Assembly (NCBI RefSeq): GCF_963921235.1
Contig: NC_086100.1
Location: 202,308,001-202,372,000 of the forward strand
Source: Mobula hypostoma
Lineage: Eukaryota
Length of the DNA stretch: 64,000 bases
Direction of reading: 5' to 3'
In this document: one piece after another, positions 28,501 to 41,094 of the stretch
How positions within the stretch are numbered: the stretch's first letter is position 1
Layout: the number at the start of each line of letters is the position of its first letter
The notes under the pieces: generated by a model
What the model saw: only the letters and a program-made list of their open reading frames with translations
Told to the model about the DNA's origin: nothing
Database searches by the model: none
Made by a program: the position numbers and the translations under genes

Positions 28501-31500
28501 CACCAGGAGTGAGGTACTGACCCACAGGAGTGAGGTACTGACCATCGGCAGTGAGGTACTGACCATCAGGAGTGAGATACTGACCCCCAGGAGTGAGATA
28601 CTGGCCATCAGGAGTGAGATACTGACCCGCAGGAATGAGTTACTGACCTCCAGGAGTGAGATACTGACCATCAGGAGTGAGGTACCGACCTCCAGGAGTG
28701 AGGTACCGACCCCCAGGAGTGAGATACCGACCATCGGGAGTGAGATACTGACCCCCAGGAGTGAGATACGGACCATCGGGAGTGAGATACTGACCACCGG
28801 GAGTGAGATACGGACCACCGGGAGTGTGATACAGAGCATCGGGAGTGAGATACTGACCACCGGGAGTGAGATACTGACCATCGGGAGTGAGATACTGACC
28901 ATCGGGAGTGAGGTACGGACCACCAGGAGTGAGATACTGACCACCAGGAGTGAGATACTGACCCACATGTGTGAGGTACCAACCCCCAGGGGTGAGATAC
29001 TGAGCCCCAGGAGTGAGATACTGACCACCGGGAGTGAGGTACTGACCACCGGGAGTGAGGTACGGACTATCGGGAGTGAGATACTGACCCCCAGAAGTGA
29101 GATACTGACCACCGGGAGTGAGATACGGACCACCGGGAGTGAGATACGGAGCATCGGGAGTGAGATACTGACCACCGGGAGTGGGATACTGACTATCGGG
29201 AGTGAGGTACTGACCATCAGGAGTGAGGTACGGACCACCAGGAGTGAGATACTGACCACCAGGAGTGAGATACTGACCCACATGAGTGAGGTACCAACCC
29301 CCAGGGGTGAGATACTGAGCCCCAGGAGTGAGATACTAACCACCGGGAGTGAGGTACTGACCACCGGGAGTGAGGTACGGACTATCGGGAGTGAGATACT
29401 GACCCCCAGAAGTGAGATACTGACCACCGGGAGTGAGATACGGACCACCGGGAGTGAGATACGGAGCATCGGGAGTGAGATACTGACCACCGGGAGTGGG
29501 ATACTGACTATCGGGAGTGAGGTACTGACCATCAGGAGTGAGGTACGGACCACCAGGAGTGAGATACTGACCACCAGGAGTGAGATATTGACCCACATGA
29601 GTGAGGTACCAACCCCCAGGGGTGAGATACTGAGCCCCAGGAGTGAGATACTGACCACCGGGAGTGAGGTACTGACCACCGGGAGTGAGATACGGACCAC
29701 CGGGAGTGAGATACGGAGCATCGGGAGTGAGATACTGACCACCGGGAGTGAGATACTGACCATCGGGAGTGAGGTACGGACCACCAGGAGTGAGATACTG
29801 ACCACCAGGAGTGAGATACTGACCCACATGAGTGAGGTACCAACCCCCAGGGGTGAGATACTGAGCCCCAGGAGTGAGATACTGTCCACCGGGAGTGAGG
29901 TACTGACCACCGGGAGTGAGGTACGGACTACCGGGAGTGAGGTACGGACTATCGGGAGTGAGATACTGTCCCCCAGAAGTGAGATACTGACCACCTGGAG
30001 TGAGGTACGGACCACCAGGAGTAAGGTACGGACCACCAGGAGTGAGATACCGACCACTAGGAGTGAGATACTGACCACCAGTTGTGAGGTACTGACCATC
30101 AGGAGTGAGGTATCGAACCCCAGAAGTGAGATACTGACCACCGGGAGTGAGATACGGACCACCGGGAGTGAGATACGGAGCATCGGGAGTGAGATACTGA
30201 CCACCGGGAGTGGGATACTGACTATCGGGAGTGAGGTACTGACCATCAGGAGTGAGGTACGGACCACCAGGAGTGAGATACTGACCACCAGGAGTGAGAT
30301 ACTGACCCACATGAGTGAGGTACCAACCCCCAGGGGTGAGATACTGAGCCCCAGGAGTGAGATACTAACCACCGGGAGTGAGGTACTGACCACCGGGAGT
30401 GAGGTACGGACTATCGGGAGTGAGATACTGACCCCCAGAAGTGAGATACTGACCACCGGGAGTGAGATACGGACCACCGGGAGTGAGATACGGAGCATCG
30501 GGAGTGAGATACTGACCACCGGGAGTGGGATACTGACTATCGGGAGTGAGGTACTGACCATCAGGAGTGAGGTACGGACCACCAGGAGTGAGATACTGAC
30601 CACCAGGAGTGAGATATTGACCCACATGAGTGAGGTACCAACCCCCAGGGGTGAGATACTGAGCCCCAGGAGTGAGATACTGACCACCGGGAGTGAGGTA
30701 CTGACCACCGGGAGTGAGATACGGACCACCGGGAGTGAGATACGGAGCATCGGGAGTGAGATACTGACCACCGGGAGTGAGATACTGACCATCGGGAGTG
30801 AGGTACGGACCACCAGGAGTGAGATACTGACCACCAGGAGTGAGATACTGACCCACAGGAGTGAGGTACCAACCCCCAGGGGTGAGATACTGAGCCCCAG
30901 GAGTGAGATACTGTCCACCGGGAGTGAGGTACTGACCACCGGGAGTGAGGTACGGACTACCGGGAGTGAGGTACGGACTATCGGGAGTGAGATACTGTCC
31001 CCCAGAAGTGAGATACTGACCACCTGGAGTGAGGTACGGACCACCAGGAGTAAGGTACGGACCACCAGGAGTGAGATACCGACCACTAGGAGTGAGATAC
31101 TGACCACCAGTTGTGAGGTACTGACCATCAGGAGTGAGGTATCGAACCCCAGGAGTGAGATACTGACCGTCAGGAGTGAGGTATCGAACCCCAGGAGTGA
31201 GGTACTGACCCCCAGGAGTGAGGTACTGACCCCCAGGGGTGAGATTCTGGCCATCAGGAGTGATATACTGACCATCAGGAGTGAGGTACCGACCCCCAGG
31301 AGTGAGATACCGACCATCGGGAGTGACATACCGACCATCGGGAGTGAGATACTGACCCCCAGGAGTGAGATACGGACCATCGGGAGTGAGATACTGACCA
31401 CCGGGAGTGAGATACGGACCACCGGGAGTGAGGTATCGAACCCCCGGGAGTGAGATACGGATCGTCAGGAGTGAGGTATCGAACCCCAGGAGTGAGGTAC

Positions 31501-32831
31501 TGACCCCCAGGAGTGAGGTACTGACCCCCAGGGGTGAGATTCTGGCCATCAGGAGTGAGATACTGACCATCAGGAGTGAGGTACCGACCCGAGGAGTGAG
31601 GTACCGACCACCAGCAGTGAGGTACCGACCCCCAGGAGTGAGATACCGAGCCCCAGGAGTGAGATACTGACCACCAGGAGTGAGGTACTGACCCACAGGA
31701 GTGAGGTACTGACCATCGGCAGGGAGGTACTGACCATCAGGAGTGAGATACTGACCCCCAGCAGTGAGATACTGACCATCAGGAGTGAGGTATCGAACCC
31801 CAGGAGTGAGATACTGACCACCAGGAGTGAGGTACTGACCATCAGGAGTGAGGTACTGACCCCCAGGAGTGAGATACTGACCACCAGGAGTGAGGTACTG
31901 ACCCACAGGAGTGAGGTACTGACCCACAGGAGTGAGATACTGACCATCAGGAGTGAGATACTGACCCCCAGGAATGAGTTACTGACCTCCAGGAGTGAGA
32001 TACTGACCATCAGGAGTGAGGTACCGACCTCCAGGAGTGAGGTACCGACCCCCAGGAGTGAGATACCGACCATCGGGAGTGAGATACCGACCATCGGGAG
32101 TGAGATACTGACCCCCAGGAGTGAGATACGGACCATCGGGAGTGAGATACTGACCACCGGGAGTGAGATACGGACCACCGGGAGTGAGATACAAAGCATC
32201 GGGAGTGAGATACTGACCATCGGGAGTGAGATACTGACCATCAGGAGTGAGGTACGGACAACCAGGAGTGAGATACTGACCACCAGGAGTGAGATACTGA
32301 CCCACATGAGTGAGGTACCAACCCCCAGGGGTGAGATACTGAGCCCCAGGAGTGAGATACTGACCACCGGGAGTGAGGTACTGACCACCGGGAGTGAGGT
32401 ACGGACTATCGGGAGTGAGATACTGACCCCCAGAAGTGAGATACTGACCACCTGGAGTGAGGTACGGACCACCAGGAATAAGGTACGGACCACCAGGAGT
32501 GAGATACCGACCACTAGGAGTGAGATACCGACCACCAGTAGTGAGGTACTGACCATCAGGAGTGAGGTATCGAACCCCAGGAGTGAGATACTGACCGTCA
32601 GGAGTGAGGTATCGAACCCCAGGAGTGAGATACTGACCCCCAGGAGTGAGGTACTGACCCCCAGGGGTGAGATTCTGGCCATCAGGAGTGAGATACTGAG
32701 CATCAGGAGTGAGGTATTGAGCCCCAGGAGTGAGGTACTGACCACCAGGAGTGGGGTACTGACCACCAGGAGTGAGGTACTGACCACCAGGAGTGAGATA
32801 CTGACCATCAGGAGTCGGGTACTGTCCATCA

Positions 32832-32972
32832 TCTGGCATAGTTTGCATTTTGTTGTTTGATTGTTTGTGGTTTTTCTATTGCAATACTTATGCTCTATTC
32901 TTGGTTGGTGCGGCTGTAATGGAACCCAATTTCCCTCGGGATCAATAAAGTATATCTATCTATCTATCTATC
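32832..32972 (+). mobile_element. Rex1-like 3' tail fragment, copy 4 (cassette lacking the RTE element)
   Basis: Same tail and same upstream variant units, but no 561-bp element before it. Confidence 0.65.
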
Positions 32973-35900
32973 AGGAGTGAGATACTGACCCCCAGGAGTA
33001 AGATACGGACCATCGGGAGTGAGATACTGACCACCGGGAGTGAGATACGGACCACCGGGAGTGAGATACGGAGCATCGGGAGTGAGATACTGACCACCGG
33101 GAGTGAGATACTGACCATCGGGAGTGAGATTCTGACCCCCAGGAGTGAGATACTGACCATCAGGAGTGAGGTACGGACCACCAGGAGTGAGATACTGACC
33201 ACCAGGAGTGAGATACTGACCCACATGAGTGAGGTACCAACCCCCAGGGGTGAGATACTGAGCCCCAGGAGTGAGATACTGTCCACCGGGAGTGAGGTAC
33301 TGACCACCGGGAGTGAGGTACGGACTACCAGGAGTGAGGTACGGACTATCGGGTGTGAGATACTGACCCCCAGAAGTGAGATACTGACCACCTGGAGTGA
33401 GGTACGGACCACCAGGAGTAAGGTACGGACCACCAGGAGTGAGATACTGACCACCAGTTGTGAGGTACTGACCATCAGGAGTGAGGTATCGAACCCCAGG
33501 AGTGAGATACTGACCTTCAGGAGTGAGGTATCGAACCCTAGGAGTGAGGTACTGACCCCCAGGAGTGAGGTACTGACCCCCAGGGGTGAGATTCTGGCCA
33601 TCAGGAGTGAGATACTGACCATCAGGAGTGAGGTACCGACCCCGAGGAGTGAGGTACTGACCATCAGGAGTGAGGTACGGACCATCAGGAGTGAGATACT
33701 GGCCCACAGGAGTGAGATACTGACCATCAGGTGTGAGGTACTGACCATCAGGAGTGAGATACTGACCCCCAGGAGTGAGATACCGACCCACAGGAGTGAG
33801 GTACCGACCACCAGCAGTGAGGTACCGACCCCCAGGAGTGAGATACCGAGCCCCAGGAGTGAGGTATGGACCGCCAGAGTGAGGTACCGACCCCCAGGAA
33901 TGAGGTACCGACCCCCAGGAATGAGTTACTGACCCCCAGGAGTGAGATACTGACCACCAGGAGTGAGGTACTGACCCACAGGAGTGAGGTACTGACCATC
34001 GGCAGTGAGGTACTGACCATCAGGAGTGAGATACTGACCCCCAGGAGTGAGATACTGACCATCAGGAGTGGGGTATCGAACCCCAGGAGTGAGATACTGA
34101 CCACCAGGAGTGAGGTACTGACCATCAGGAGTGAGGTACTGACCCCCAGGAGTGAGATACTGACCACCAGGAGTGAGGTACTGACCCACAGGAGTGAGGT
34201 ACTGACCATCAGGAGTGAGATACTGACCATCAAGAGTGAGATACTGACCCCCAGGAATGAGTTACTGACCTCCAGGAGTGAGGTACCGACCATCAGGAGT
34301 GAGGTACCGACCTCCAGGAGTGAGGTACCGACCCCCACGAGTGAGATACCGACCATCGGGAGTGAGATACGGAGCATCGGGAGTGAGATACTGACCACCA
34401 GGAGTGAGGTACTGACCCACAGGAGTGAGGTACTGACCATCAGGAGTGAGATACTGACCATCAAGAGTGAGATACTGACCCCCAGGAATGAGTTACTGAC
34501 CTCCAGGAGTGAGGTACCGACCATCAGGAGTGAGGGACCGACCTCCAGGAGTGAGGTACCGACCCCCAGGAGTGAGATACCGACCATCGGGAGTGAGATA
34601 CGGAGCATCGGGAGTGAGATACTGACCATCGGGAGTGAGATTCTGACCCCCAGGAGTGAGATACTGACCATCAGGAGTGAGGTACGGACCACCGAGAGTG
34701 AGATACTGACCACCAGGAGTGAGATACTGACCCACATGAGTGAGGTACCAACCCCCAGGGGTGAGATACTGAGCCCAAGGAGTGAGATACTGACCACCGG
34801 GAGTGAGGTACTGACCACCGGGAGTGAGGTACGGACTATCGGGAGTGAGATACTGACCCCCAGAAGTGAGACACTGACCACCTGGAGTGAGGTACGGACC
34901 ACCAGGAGTAAGGTACGGACCACCAGGAGTGAGATACCGACCACTAGGAGTGAGATACTGACCACCAGTAGTGAGGTACTGACCATCAGGAGTGAGGTAT
35001 CGAACCCCAGGAGTGAGATACTGACCGTCTGGAGTGAGGTATCGAACCCCAGGAGTGAGGTACTGACCCCCAGGAGTGAGGTACTGACCCCCAGGGGTGA
35101 GATTCTGGCCATCAGGAGTGAGATACTGACCATCAGGAGTGAGGTACCGACCCACAGGAGTGAGGTACCGACCACCAGCAGTGAGGTACCGACCCCCAGG
35201 AGTGAGATACAGAGCACCAGGAGTGAGGTATGGACCGCCAGGAGTGAGGTACCGAACTCCAGGAATGAGGTACCGACCCCCAGGAATGAGTTACTGACCC
35301 CCAGGAGTGAGATGCTGACCACCAGGAGTGAGGTACTGACCCACAGGAGTGAGGTACTGACCATCGGCAGTGAGGTACTGACCATCAGGAGTGCGATACT
35401 GACCCCCAGGAGTGAGATACTGACCATCAGGAGTGAGGTATCGAACCCCAGGAGTGAGATACTGACCACCAGGAGTGAGGTACTGACCATCAGGAGTGAG
35501 GTACTGACCCCCAGGAGTGAGATACTGACCCACAGGATTGAGGTACTGACCCACAGGAGTGAGATACTGAGCCCCAGGAGTGAGATACTGACCCCCAGGA
35601 GTGAGTTACTGACCACCAGGAGTGAGGTACTGACCCACAGGAGTGAGGTACTGACCATCGGCAGTGAGGTACTGACCATCAGGAGTGCGATACTGACCCC
35701 CAGGAGTGAGATACTGACCATCAGGAGTGAGGTATCGAACCCCAGGAGTGAGATACTGACCACCAGGAGTGAGGTACTGACCATCAGGAGTGAGGTACTG
35801 ACCCCCAGGAGTGAGATACTGACCCACAGGATTGAGGTACTGACCCACAGGAGTGAGATACTGAGCCCCAGGAGTGAGATACTGACCCCCAGGAGTGAGT

Positions 35901-38900
35901 TACTGACCTCCAGGAGTGAGGTACCGACTATCAGGAGTGAGGTACCGACCTCCAGGAGTGAGGTACCGAACCCCAGGAGTGAGATACCGACCATCGGGAG
36001 TGAGATACCGACCGTCGGGAGTGAGATACTGACCCCCAGGAGTGAGATACGGACCATCGGGAGTGAGATACTGACCACCGGGAGTGAGATACGGACCACC
36101 GGGAGTGAGGTATCGAACCCCCGGGAGTGAGATACTGACCGTCAGGAGTGAGGTACCGACCTCGAGGAGTGAGGTACTGACCATCAGGAGTGAGGTACGG
36201 ACCATCAGGAGTGAGATACTGACCCACAGGAGTGAGATACTGACCATCAGGTGTGAGGTACTGACCATCAGGAGTGAGATACTGACCCCCAGGAGTGAGA
36301 TACCGACCCACAGGAGTGAGGTACCGACCACCAGCAGTGAGGTACCGACCCCCAGGAGTGAGATACCGAGCCCCAGGAGTGAGGTACGGACCGCCAGGAG
36401 TGAGGTACCGACCCCCAGGAATGAGGTACCAACCCCCAGGAATGAGTTACTGACCCCCAGGAGTGAGATACTGACCACCAGGAGTGAGGTACTGACCCAC
36501 AGGAGTGAGGTACTGACCATCGGCAGTGAGGTACTGACCATCAGGAGTGAGATACTGACCCCCAGGAGTGAGATACTGACCATCAGGAGTGAGATACTGA
36601 CCCCCAGGAATGAGTTACTGACCTCCAGGAGTGAGATACTGACCATCAGGAGTGAGGTACCGACCTCCAGGAGTGAGGTACCGACCCCCAGGAGTGAGAT
36701 TCCGACCATCGGGAGTGAGATACTGACCCCCAGGAGTGAGATACGGACCATCGGGAGTGAGATACTGACCACCGGGCGTGAGATACGGACCACCGGGAGT
36801 GTGATACAGAGCATCGGGAGTGAGATACTGACCACCGGGAGTGAGATACTGACCATCGGGAGTGAGATACTGACCATCAGGAGTGAGGTACGGACCACCA
36901 GGAGTGAGATACTGACCACCAGGAGTGAGATACTGACCCACATGAGTGAGGTACCAACCCCCAGGGGTGAGATACTGAGCCCCAGGAGTGAGATACTGAC
37001 CACCGGGAGTGAGGTACTGACCACCGGGAGTGAGGTACGGACTATCGGGAGTGAGATACTGACCCCCAGAAGTGAGATACTGACCACCGGGAGTGAGATA
37101 CGGACCACCGGGAGTGAGATACGGAGCATCGGGAGTGAGATACTGACCACCGGGAGTGGGATACTGACTATCGGGAGTGAGGTACTGACCATCAGGAGTG
37201 AGGTACGGACCACCAGGAGTGAGATACTGACCACCAGGAGTGAGATAATGACCCACATGAGTGAGGTACCAACCCCCAGGGGTGAGATACTGAGCCCCAG
37301 GAGTGAGATACTGTCCACCGGGAGTGAGGTACTGACCACCGGGAGTGAGATACGGACCACCGGGAGTGAGATACGGAGCATCGGGAGTGAGATACTGACC
37401 ACCGGGAGTGAGATACTTACCATCGGGAGTGAGGTACGGACCACCAGGAGTGAGATACTGACCACCAGGAGTGAGATACTGACCCACATGAGTGAGGTAC
37501 CAACCCCCAGGGGTGAGATACTGAGCCCCAGGAGTGAGATACTGTCCACCGGGAGTGAGGTACTGACCACCGGGAGTGAGGTACGGACTACCGGGAGTGA
37601 GGTACGGACTATCGGGAGTGAGATACTGACCCCCAGAAGTGAGATACTGACCACCTGGAGTGAGGTACGGACCACCAGGAGTAAGGTACGGACCACCAGG
37701 AGTGAGATACCGACCACTAGGAGTGAGATACTGACCACCAGTTGTGAGGTACTGACCATCAGGAGTGAGGTATCGAACCCCAGGAGTGAGATACTGACCG
37801 TCAGGAGTGAGGTATCGAACCCCAGGAGTGAGGTACTGACCCCCAGGAGTGAGGTACTGACCCCCAGGGGTGAGATTCTGGCCATCAGGAGTGAGATACT
37901 GACCATCAGGAGTGAGGTACCGACCCCCAGGAGTGAGATACCGACCATCGGGAGTGAGATACCAACCATCGGGAGTGAGATACTGACCCCCAGGAGTGAG
38001 ATACGGACCATCGGGAGTGAGATACTGACCACCGGGAGTGAGATACGGACCACCGGGAGTGAGGTATCGAACCCCCGGGAGTGAGATACTGATCGTCAGG
38101 AGTGAGGTATCGAACCCCAGGAGTGAGGTACTGACCCCCAGGAGTGAGGTACTGACCCCCAGGGGTGAGATTCTGGCCATCAGGAGTTAGATACTGACCA
38201 TCAGGAGTGAGGTACCGACCCCGAGGAGTGAGGTACTGACCATCAGGAGTGAGGTACGGACCATCAGGAGTGAGATACTGACCCACAGGAGTGAGATACT
38301 GACCATCAGGTGTGAGGTACTGACCATCAGGAGTGAGATACTGACCCCCAGGAGTGAGATACCGACCCACAGGAGTGAGGTACCGACCACCAGCAGTGAG
38401 GTACCGACCCCCAGGAGTGAGATACCGAGCCCCAGGAGTGAGGTACGGACCACCAGGAGTGAGGTACCGACCCCCAGGAATGTGGTACCGACCCCCAGGA
38501 ATGAGTTACTGACCCCCAGGAGTGAGATACTGACCACCAGGAGTGAGGTACTGACCCACAGGAGTGAGGTACTGACCATCGGCAGTGAGGTACTGACCAT
38601 CAGGAGTGAGATACTGACCCCCAGGAGTGAGATACTGACCATCAGGAGTGAGGTATCGAACCCCAGGAGTGAGATACTGACCACCAGGAGTGAGGTACTG
38701 ACCCTCAGGAGTGAGGTACTGACCCACAGGAGTGAGATACTGACCATCAGGATTGAGATACTGACCCCCAGGAATGAGTTACTGACCTCCAGGAGTGAGA
38801 TACTGACCATCAGGAGTGAGGTACCGACCTCCAGGAGTGAGGTACCGACCCCCAGGAGTGAGATACGGACCATCGGGAGTGAGATACTGACCACCGGGAG

Positions 38901-39632
38901 TGAGATACGGACCACCGGGAGTGAGATACAGAGCATCGGGAGTGAGATACTGACCACCGGGAGTGAGATACTGACCATCGGGAGTGAGATACTGACCATC
39001 AGGAGTGAGGTACGGACCACCAGGAGTGAGATACTGACCACCAAGAGTGAGATACTGACCCACATGAGTGAGGTACCAACCCCCAGGGGTGAGATACTGA
39101 GCCCCAGGGGTGAGATACTGATCCCCAGGAGTGAGATACTGACCACCGGGAGTGAGGTACTGACCACCGGGAGTGAGGTACGGACTATCGGGAGTGAGAT
39201 ACTGACCCCCAGAAGTGAGATACTGACCACCTGGAGTGAGGTACGGACCACCAGGAATAAGGTACGGACCACCAGGAGTGAGATACCGACCACTAGGAGT
39301 GAGATACCGACCACCAGTAGTGAGGTACTGACCATCAGGAGTGAGGTATCGAACCCCAGGAGTGAGATACTGACCGTCAGGAGTGAGGTATCGAACCCCT
39401 GGAGTGAGATACTGACCCCCAGGAGTGAGGTACTGACCCCCAGGGGTGAGATTCTGGCCATCAGGAGTGAGATACTGACCATCAGGAGTGAGGTACTGAC
39501 CCCGAGGAGTGAGGTACTGACCATCAGGAGTGAGGTACGGAGCATCAGGAGTGAGATACTGACCCACAGGAGTGAGATACTGACCATCAGGTGTGAGGTA
39601 CTGACCACCAGGAGTGAGATCTGACCATTAGT

Positions 39633-40193
39633 GTGTTCATCCATCGTCAACGTCGATGAGGACCTCGACACCATTATTGATGGTGTCGAGACTAGCGCGT
39701 GACTTGGATTTAAGTGAGGGAGAGTTGCGCAGCGTCAGTCTCACTCTCTCTTCCCAATTCCCATCTGGATCCAGTGGCAAGACAGAGTCGAGACGGCAGG
39801 AGATGGGACTAGGCGCAGTGGATGACCAGGACGTCTTCTGTGTCTTGTCCTGCTCTACACGTTCCACGACGCTTGCAGAGACCGCCTTCTTGACCGTTGG
39901 ACCTTCCATTGGTCTCGTCCGCTCAGTCTGCCGGAGTCTGTCTGCACATGCTGGGATAGACAACTCCCTATCTCACCGAGGGTTTGAGACCCGTCGGCTA
40001 CCCTCACCTGGTTTAGCCGGCTTGTCGAAGCCGTTGCCCGGGGTGTGGCCGCTGTCGCATGCAAACAGCTACGGGGAGCCACAGGTGAGAGCTGAGTGCC
40101 AGGTGGGGACCAAAGGTGGACTAACCACCTTGAAAAGGACGCGACACGTTACCTCACCAGAGGTGCTACCCCTCCCTGACACCCCATACACCC
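39633..40193 (-). mobile_element. 561-bp RTE-derived element, copy 4
   Basis: Near-identical to copy 1 (offset 36086), same flanks. Confidence 0.8.
40000..40185 (-). ncRNA. HDV-like ribozyme (predicted), copy 4
   Basis: Same core. P4 is fully Watson-Crick here (CGGCUU/AAGCCG) where the other copies have a G-U pair. Confidence 0.82.
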
Positions 40194-40371
40194 CTGACCA
40201 TTAGTAGTGATATACTGACTCCCACGAGTGAGATACTGAGCATCAGGAGTGAGGTATTGAGCCCCAGGAGTGAGGTACTGACCACCAGGAGTGGGGTACT
40301 GACCACCAGGAGTGAGGTACTGACCACCAGGAGTGAGATACTGACCATCAGGAGTCGGGTACTGTCCATCA

Positions 40372-40512
40372 TCTGGCATAGTTTGCATTTTGTTGTTTGA
40401 TTGTTTGTGGTTTTTCTATTGCAATACTTATGCTCTATTCTTGGTTGGTGCGGCTGTAATGGAACCCAATTTCCCTCGGGATCAATAAAGTATATCTATC
40501 TATCTATCTATC
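40372..40512 (+). mobile_element. Rex1-like 3' tail fragment, copy 5
   Basis: Same sequence, at the right edge of the array. Confidence 0.65.
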
Positions 40513-40694
40513 AGGAGTGAGATACTGACCACCAGGAGTGAGGTACCGACCCCCAGGAGTGAGGTAGTGACCTGCAAGTCTGGGCTACTGACCACCAGGG
40601 ATGAGGTACTGACCATCAGGAGTGGGGTACTGATACTAGGATTGCGATACTGAGCACTATGAGTGAGATACTGACTCCTAGGTGTGAGGGGATT

Positions 40695-40902
40695 TTCTTC
40701 TCTTCTGCCATCAGATTTATAAATGGTCCATAAATATTACGTATTTTTCTACTCTTTTTGCAGAACATTTAATTTAAAATATATATATATTCTGTGTAGT
40801 TCTCATTTGTGGTAGATTTTATGTATTGCACTTCACTACTGGTGCACAACAACACATTTCACAGTGTCATAGGTCATTTACAATAAATTTGATTCTGATT
40901 CT
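40695..40902 (+). mobile_element. Degenerate LINE 3'-end fragment with (GATTCT)n tail
   Basis: Contains ttctgccatcagatttataaatggtccat and ends aataaatttgattctgattct. Confidence 0.4.
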
Positions 40903-40910
40903 CTTTCTAG

Positions 40911-40991
40911 GCATCTCCAGTTGCTGATGGGACCTGAACATCTTGTCTTCTCTGCTCCTCACCGACTCCAGCTCACCCCTCCGAACAGATG
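40911..40991 (+). CDS. Candidate 81-nt internal coding exon of an unidentified host gene
   Basis: Acceptor ctctttctAG, donor G/GTCAGT, length a multiple of 3, one open frame (HLQLLMGPEHLVFSAPHRLQLTPPNR). Protein not recognised. Confidence 0.3.
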
Positions 40992-40999
40992 GTCAGTTC

Positions 41000-41060
41000 G
41001 AAACTTTATTGATCCGAAAGGAAATTACAGTGTCACAGGAGCATAACAAGGGCACAGATA
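41000..41060 (-). mobile_element. Short Rex1-like 3' tail fragment
   Basis: Reverse complement reads gtaatttcctttcggatcaataaagt. Confidence 0.4.
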
Positions 41061-41094
41061 CACCAATATTAGACGAGAAGAAAGAATGGATAAT

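Larger units (their letters stand above)
1..40690. repeat. 21-bp minisatellite array with higher-order organisation (runs off the left window edge)
   Basis: Continuous tandem units such as caggagtgagatactgaccac / caggagtgaggtactgaccat. The GAGTGAG and TAC-GAC cores are conserved and the other positions vary. Units degenerate at 40560-40690. Confidence 0.99.

Noticed and set aside
193..39674. Long ORFs (up to 1214 aa) of RSEILTT, LLVVSIS and PGGQYLT heptads
   Set aside because: They are a by-product of a 21-bp unit that lacks stops in several frames. They overlap on both strands, switch frame at single-base indels and are cut by TE inserts. There is no unique domain.
3535..40205. Site-specific repeated insertion of the element into the satellite
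   Set aside because: Identical TSD, junctions and flanking variants indicate one insertion amplified by array duplication.
1..40690. CRISPR-like array
   Set aside because: Units are contiguous with no unique spacers, there are no cas genes, and the context is vertebrate.
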